NCBI RefSeq assembly: GCF_000012905.2
Contig: NC_007494.2
Location: 300,001-332,000 of the forward strand
From: Cereibacter sphaeroides 2.4.1
Lineage (GTDB): Bacteria > Pseudomonadota > Alphaproteobacteria > Rhodobacterales > Rhodobacteraceae
Direction of reading: 5' to 3'
Length of the DNA stretch: 32,000 bases
Under the pieces are notes generated by a model. That model was not told the DNA's origin and ran no database searches. It saw only the letters and a list, made by a program, of their open reading frames with translations. The translations under genes and the position numbers were made by a program. Every line of letters starts with the position of its first letter. The stretch's first letter is position 1. Of the stretch, positions 27,552-32,000 are shown piece after piece.

Positions 27552-27575
27552 GGGATATTTCGGCCAGAATGAAAG
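27552..27575 (+). repeat. 24-nt intergenic repeat, copy B (GGGATATTTCGGCCAGAATGAAAG)
   Basis: 23/24 identical to the reverse complement of 20193-20216. It lies between cbbG and cbbA. Confidence 0.9.
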
Positions 27576-27599
27576 GGCCGACAGGCAAGGACTTCACCC

Positions 27600-28664
27600 A
27601 TGGCACTCATCACGCTTCGCCAGCTTCTCGATCACGCGGCCGAACAGGGCTACGGCGTTCCCGCCTTCAACATCAACAACATGGAGCAGGGTCTCGCGAT
27701 CATGGAGGCGGCGCGGGCCTGCGATGCGCCCGTCATCATCCAGGCCAGCCGCGGCGCGCGCAGCTACGCCAACGACATCATGCTGGCCAAGATGATCGAG
27801 GCGCTGGCCGCGATCTATCCCGAGATCCCGCTCTGCATGCATCAGGACCACGGCAACAACGAGGCCACCTGCATGACCGCGATCCGGCACGGCTTCACCT
27901 CGGTGATGATGGACGGCTCACTGAAGGCCGATGCCAAGACGCCTGCCGATTATGACTACAATGTCGATATCACCGCCCGCGTGAGCCACATGGCGCATTG
28001 GGTGGGCGCCTCGGTCGAGGGTGAGCTGGGCGTTCTGGGCAGCCTCGAGACCGGCGAGAGCGAGGCCGAGGACGGGCATGGCGCGGAAGGCAAGCTCGAT
28101 CACAGCCAGCTGCTGACCGACCCCGATCAGGCGGTGGATTTCGTGAAGAAGACCCAGGTCGATGCGCTGGCCATCGCCTGCGGCACCTCGCACGGCGCCT
28201 ACAAGTTCAGCCGCAAGCCCGACGGCGAGATCCTCGCCATGTCGGTGATCGAGGCGATCCACAAGAAGCTGCCCGACACCCATCTCGTGATGCACGGATC
28301 CTCGTCGGTGCCGCAGGAGCTGCAGGACATCATCAACGCGTTCGGCGGCGCCATGCCGCAGACCTTCGGCGTGCCGGTCGAGGAGATCGTGCGCGGCATC
28401 AAGATGGGCGTGCGCAAGGTCAATATCGACACCGACTGCCGCATGGCGATGACCGGGCAGTTCCGCCGCATCGCGCAGCAGACGCCTTCCGAATTCGACC
28501 CGCGCAAGTTCCTCAAGCCCGCGATGGATGCGATGCGCGACCTCTGCAAGCAGCGGCTCGAAGCCTTCGGCACCGCAGGCCAGGCCGGGAAGATCAGGAT
28601 CATCCCGATGGACGATATGGCCAAACGCTATGCCAGCGGCGCGCTTGCGCCCAAGACCGCCTGA
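27600..28664 (+). CDS. cbbA: Class II fructose-1,6-/sedoheptulose-1,7-bisphosphate aldolase (Calvin-cycle subtype)
   Basis: 354 aa. Zn-ligand contexts MHQDHG and [17 protein letters not shown] 8 nt upstream. Confidence 0.95.
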   Translation: MALITLRQLLDHAAEQGYGVPAFNINNMEQGLAIMEAARACDAPVIIQASRGARSYANDIMLAKMIEALAAIYPEIPLCMHQDHGNNEATCMTAIRHGFTSVMMDGSLKADAKTPADYDYNVDITARVSHMAHWVGASVEGELGVLGSLETGESEAEDGHGAEGKLDHSQLLTDPDQAVDFVKKTQVDALAIACGTSHGAYKFSRKPDGEILAMSVIEAIHKKLPDTHLVMHGSSSVPQELQDIINAFGGAMPQTFGVPVEEIVRGIKMGVRKVNIDTDCRMAMTGQFRRIAQQTPSEFDPRKFLKPAMDAMRDLCKQRLEAFGTAGQAGKIRIIPMDDMAKRYASGALAPKTA

Positions 28665-28690
28665 AAAGCCTCGTGTGAAAGGATACGATC

Positions 28691-30070
28691 ATGGACCAGT
28701 CCAACCGCTACGCCCGGCTTGATCTGCAGGAAGCCGATCTGATCGCCGGCGGCCGTCACGTTCTCTGCGCCTATGTCATGAAGCCCAAGGCGGGCTACGG
28801 CTATCTGGAGACGGCGGCGCATTTCGCGGCCGAAAGCTCCACCGGCACCAACGTCGAGGTCTCGACCACCGACGATTTCACCCGCGGCGTCGATGCGCTC
28901 GTCTATGAGATCGACCCGGAGAAGGAGATCATGAAGATCGCCTATCCGGTCGAGCTCTTCGACCGCAACATCATCGACGGGCGGGCGATGCTCTGCTCGT
29001 TCCTGACGCTGACGATCGGCAACAACCAGGGCATGGGCGACGTCGAATATGCCAAGATGCACGATTTCTATGTGCCGCCCTGCTATCTGCGCCTGTTCGA
29101 CGGCCCCTCGATGAACATCGCCGACATGTGGCGCGTGCTGGGGCGCGATGTGCGCAACGGCGGCATGGTGGTGGGCACGATCATCAAGCCGAAGCTCGGG
29201 CTGCGGCCGAAACCCTTCGCGGATGCCTGCCACGAGTTCTGGCTGGGCGGCGACTTCATCAAGAACGACGAGCCGCAGGGCAACCAGACCTTCGCGCCGC
29301 TGAAGGAGACCATCCGCCTCGTGGCCGATGCGATGAAGCGCGCGCAGGACGAGACCGGCGAGGCCAAGCTCTTCTCGGCCAACATCACCGCGGACGACCA
29401 TTACGAGATGGTGGCGCGCGGGGAATACATCCTCGAGACCTTCGGCGAGAATGCCGACCATGTGGCCTTCCTCGTCGACGGCTATGTGACGGGCCCCGCG
29501 GCCATCACCACCGCGCGGCGCCAGTTCCCGCGCCAGTTCCTGCATTATCACCGGGCGGGGCACGGCGCCGTCACCTCGCCGCAGTCGATGCGGGGCTATA
29601 CGGCCTTCGTGCTCTCGAAGATGGCGCGCCTGCAGGGGGCCTCGGGCATCCACACCGGCACCATGGGCTATGGCAAGATGGAGGGCGAGGCGGCCGACAA
29701 GATCATGGCCTACATGCTGACCGACGAGGCGGCCGAGGGGCCCTTCTACCGTCAGGACTGGCTGGGGCTGAAGGCCACGACGCCCATCATCTCGGGCGGC
29801 ATGAACGCGCTGCGGCTGCCGGGCTTCTTCGACAATCTCGGCCATTCCAACGTGATCCAGACCTCGGGCGGCGGCGCCTTCGGCCATCTCGACGGCGGCA
29901 CGGCGGGGGCGAAGTCGCTGCGCCAGTCGCACGAAGCCTGGATGGCGGGGGTGGATCTCGTGACCTATGCCCGCGAGCATCGCGAGCTCGCCCGTGCCTT
30001 CGAGAGCTTCCCGGCGGATGCCGACAAGTTCTATCCGGGCTGGCGCGACCGGCTGCATCGCGCGGCCTGA
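28691..30070 (+). CDS. cbbM: Form II ribulose-1,5-bisphosphate carboxylase/oxygenase
   Basis: 459 aa. It appears almost identical to R. sphaeroides CbbM as I recall it ([12 protein letters not shown]..., carbamylated-Lys motif [11 protein letters not shown], no small-subunit gene). Confidence 0.97.
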
Positions 30071-30085
30071 GGGCTTTTGACGAAG

Positions 30086-30117
30086 GGCCGGGCGGCATCC
30101 GCCCGGCCTCGGCTTTT
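30086..30117 (+). terminator. Intrinsic terminator of the cbbII operon (shared with convergent ggt)
   Basis: Perfect 10-bp stem GGCCGGGCGG (30086-30095) / CCGCCCGGCC (30099-30108), followed by TCGGCTTTTG. It sits 16 nt after the cbbM stop and 37 nt from the ggt stop. Confidence 0.8.
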
Positions 30118-30145
30118 GCAGGATCACGTTTCGCGGGCGGGCGGG

Positions 30146-31927
30146 TCACTCGCCCAGCGCGATTCCCTCGCGGCGGGGATCGGCGCCGCCCTGCAACCTC
30201 TCGCCCAGCGAGATCGCATGGAGGCCGGAGGTCAGGTCCACCGGCTTCACGTCATAACCCAGATCGGCGAGCGGCTGGCTCAGCGCTTCGGCGCGGGTGC
30301 CGGCCTCGATCTGGAACGGGCCGAAAGTGTTCACGAGATGCGGCATGGCCACCGCCTGCTGCACATCCATGCCCCAGTCGAGATGGGCGATCAGCGCCTG
30401 TGCCACATAGCCGATGATCGTGGAGCCGCCGGGGCTGCCCACCGCCAGCACGGGCTTGCCGTCGCGGAGTACGATGGTGGGCGCCATCGACGAGCGCGGG
30501 CGCTTGCCGGGCTCCACCCGGTTCGCGATGGGCCAGCCCTCCGCATGGGTGCGGAAGGAGAAGTCGGTGAGTTCGTTGTTCAGGAGGAACCCGTTCGTCA
30601 TCAGCCGCGAGCCGAAGCCGTTCTCGATGGTCGTCGTCATCGAGAGCACGTTGCCCGCCGCATCCACGATGGAGATATGCGAGGTCGAGGGCAATTCGAG
30701 GCTCTCGTCGGGGGCGAGGAGCCCCGCGTGATCCCATTCGGGCGTGCCGGCCGCCACCTCGGGCAACGCATCGTCTCCGCGCAGAAGCTCGGCCCGGGCG
30801 GCGAGATAGGCGGGATCGAGCAGCCCCTCGACGGGCACCGGCACGAAATCTCTGTCGGCCATGTATCGGCCGCGGTCGGCGAAGGCGAGGCGGGTCGCAT
30901 CGCCGATCAGGCGCCAGCTTTCGGCATTCTCGGGCCCGAGGGCGGCCAGATCGTAGGGCTCGAGCGCGCCGAGGATCAGCCCCACGGTCAGCGCTCCCGA
31001 CGAGGGCGGACCCATGCCGCAGATCTCGGCGCCGCGGTAGTCGGCGCAGACGGGCGGACGCTCCACCACGCGGTAGGCGGCCAGATCCTCGAGCGCGAGC
31101 ACGCCCGGATTGCCCTCGGCGCCGCGGACGGTGGCCACGATCTCCTCGGCGATGGGGCCGCGGTAGAACGCATCCGCGCCTTCGGCCGCCAGACGGCGAA
31201 GGGTCTCGGCATAGTCGGGGTTCTTCAGGAGGGCTCCGGCCTTCAGCGGCTGGCCCTCGGGCAGGAAATAGGCGGCGGTGGCGGGAAAGCGCGAGAGCCC
31301 CTCGGGATCCTCGGCCACGAGCCCCGCGAGACGCGGCGAGACCGCAAAGCCCTCCTCGGCCAGACGGATGGCCGGATCGAAGAGGTCGGACCAGCCGGAC
31401 CTGCCCCAGCGCCGGTGCGCCTCCTCGAGCAGAAGCGGCGTGCCGGGGGTGCCCACGGACCGGCCGCCCACCACCGCGTCGAGGAATTCCAGCGGCTCGC
31501 CCTCGGGCGTCTGGAAGAGCCGGGGGGTCGCGGCCCGCGGCGCGGTCTCGCGCGCATCGAGCGTGGTGACGGCGCCGGTCGCCGCATCGAACCAGACGAG
31601 GAAGGCGCCGCCGCCGAGCCCCGAGGATTGCGGCTCGACCAGCCCCAGCACGGTCTGGACGGCGACCATGGCATCGGCCGCGCTGCCGCCGCTGCGCAGG
31701 ATCTCGGCTCCGGCCTCGACGGCGAGCGGGTTCGCAGCCACCACCATCCAGTCCTCCGCCTCGACGGGCCGTCCCGAGTCGCGCGTCTCCATCGCCGCGG
31801 CGGCTGCGGGCGAGAGGCTGCCGAAGGCCGCGGGCGCGGTGGGCGCCTCGGGGGCCAGCGTGTCGCTGGCCTGTTGCGCGAAGGCGGGCAGGGCCGAGGC
31901 GAGGAACAGGGCGAGCGTGCGGACCAT
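30146..31927 (-). CDS. ggt: Gamma-glutamyltransferase (Ntn hydrolase)
   Basis: Signal peptide, QSSGLGGGAF block and autoprocessing/catalytic Thr context PSTSHISIVD. ATG 31927 is preferred over 31933 because the AAGGAG SD abuts 31933 but lies 6 nt before 31927. Confidence 0.9.
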   Translation of the reverse strand: MVRTLALFLASALPAFAQQASDTLAPEAPTAPAAFGSLSPAAAAAMETRDSGRPVEAEDWMVVAANPLAVEAGAEILRSGGSAADAMVAVQTVLGLVEPQSSGLGGGAFLVWFDAATGAVTTLDARETAPRAATPRLFQTPEGEPLEFLDAVVGGRSVGTPGTPLLLEEAHRRWGRSGWSDLFDPAIRLAEEGFAVSPRLAGLVAEDPEGLSRFPATAAYFLPEGQPLKAGALLKNPDYAETLRRLAAEGADAFYRGPIAEEIVATVRGAEGNPGVLALEDLAAYRVVERPPVCADYRGAEICGMGPPSSGALTVGLILGALEPYDLAALGPENAESWRLIGDATRLAFADRGRYMADRDFVPVPVEGLLDPAYLAARAELLRGDDALPEVAAGTPEWDHAGLLAPDESLELPSTSHISIVDAAGNVLSMTTTIENGFGSRLMTNGFLLNNELTDFSFRTHAEGWPIANRVEPGKRPRSSMAPTIVLRDGKPVLAVGSPGGSTIIGYVAQALIAHLDWGMDVQQAVAMPHLVNTFGPFQIEAGTRAEALSQPLADLGYDVKPVDLTSGLHAISLGERLQGGADPRREGIALGE

Positions 31928-32000
31928 GGGCATCTCCTTTCCTAGACCCTATCAACTGGCCCGTGCAGAGGCCGGGTCAAGCGCAACCGACGCCTGTCCC

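Overview
This is very GC-rich alphaproteobacterial DNA. I recognise it as the form II Calvin-cycle locus of Rhodobacter (Cereibacter) sphaeroides or a close relative: cbbF-cbbP-cbbT-cbbG-cbbA-cbbM on the plus strand (22575-30070), ending in a clean intrinsic terminator. A convergent gamma-glutamyltransferase gene follows. The left two thirds hold accessory nutrient-scavenging genes. In order: a partial HtrA/DegP protease; a secreted low-complexity protein; an MFS transporter; a D-aminopeptidase; a four-gene Opp/Dpp-type ABC importer (9932 to 4992, minus strand); a tightly packed eight-gene minus-strand unit (18026 to 10200); a divergent class III aminotransferase plus hotdog thioesterase pair; and a three-gene periplasmic cupredoxin / cytochrome c / small Cys-His protein module transcribed away from cbbF. 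The eight-gene unit is headed by AmiC/AmiR-like amide sensor and ANTAR antiterminator genes, followed by a second Opp/Dpp importer with an FmdA/AmdA-family amidase wedged between its binding-protein and ATPase genes. I saw no rRNA, tRNA, CRISPR, transposase or phage genes. Most of the window is ordinary, well-understood metabolism. The points I think deserve a second look are: the AmiC/AmiR-Dpp-amidase architecture and a terminator-like leader in front of amiC; a near-identical 24-nt intergenic repeat present twice in opposite orientation; a dense cluster of CTCCGA/TCGGAG motifs plus a perfect 15-bp hairpin in the roughly 650-nt cbbII control region; and a shared GCGCA-N7-TGCGC dyad about 200 nt upstream of both ABC operons. 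All functional calls rest on motif and family recognition by eye. No searches were run.
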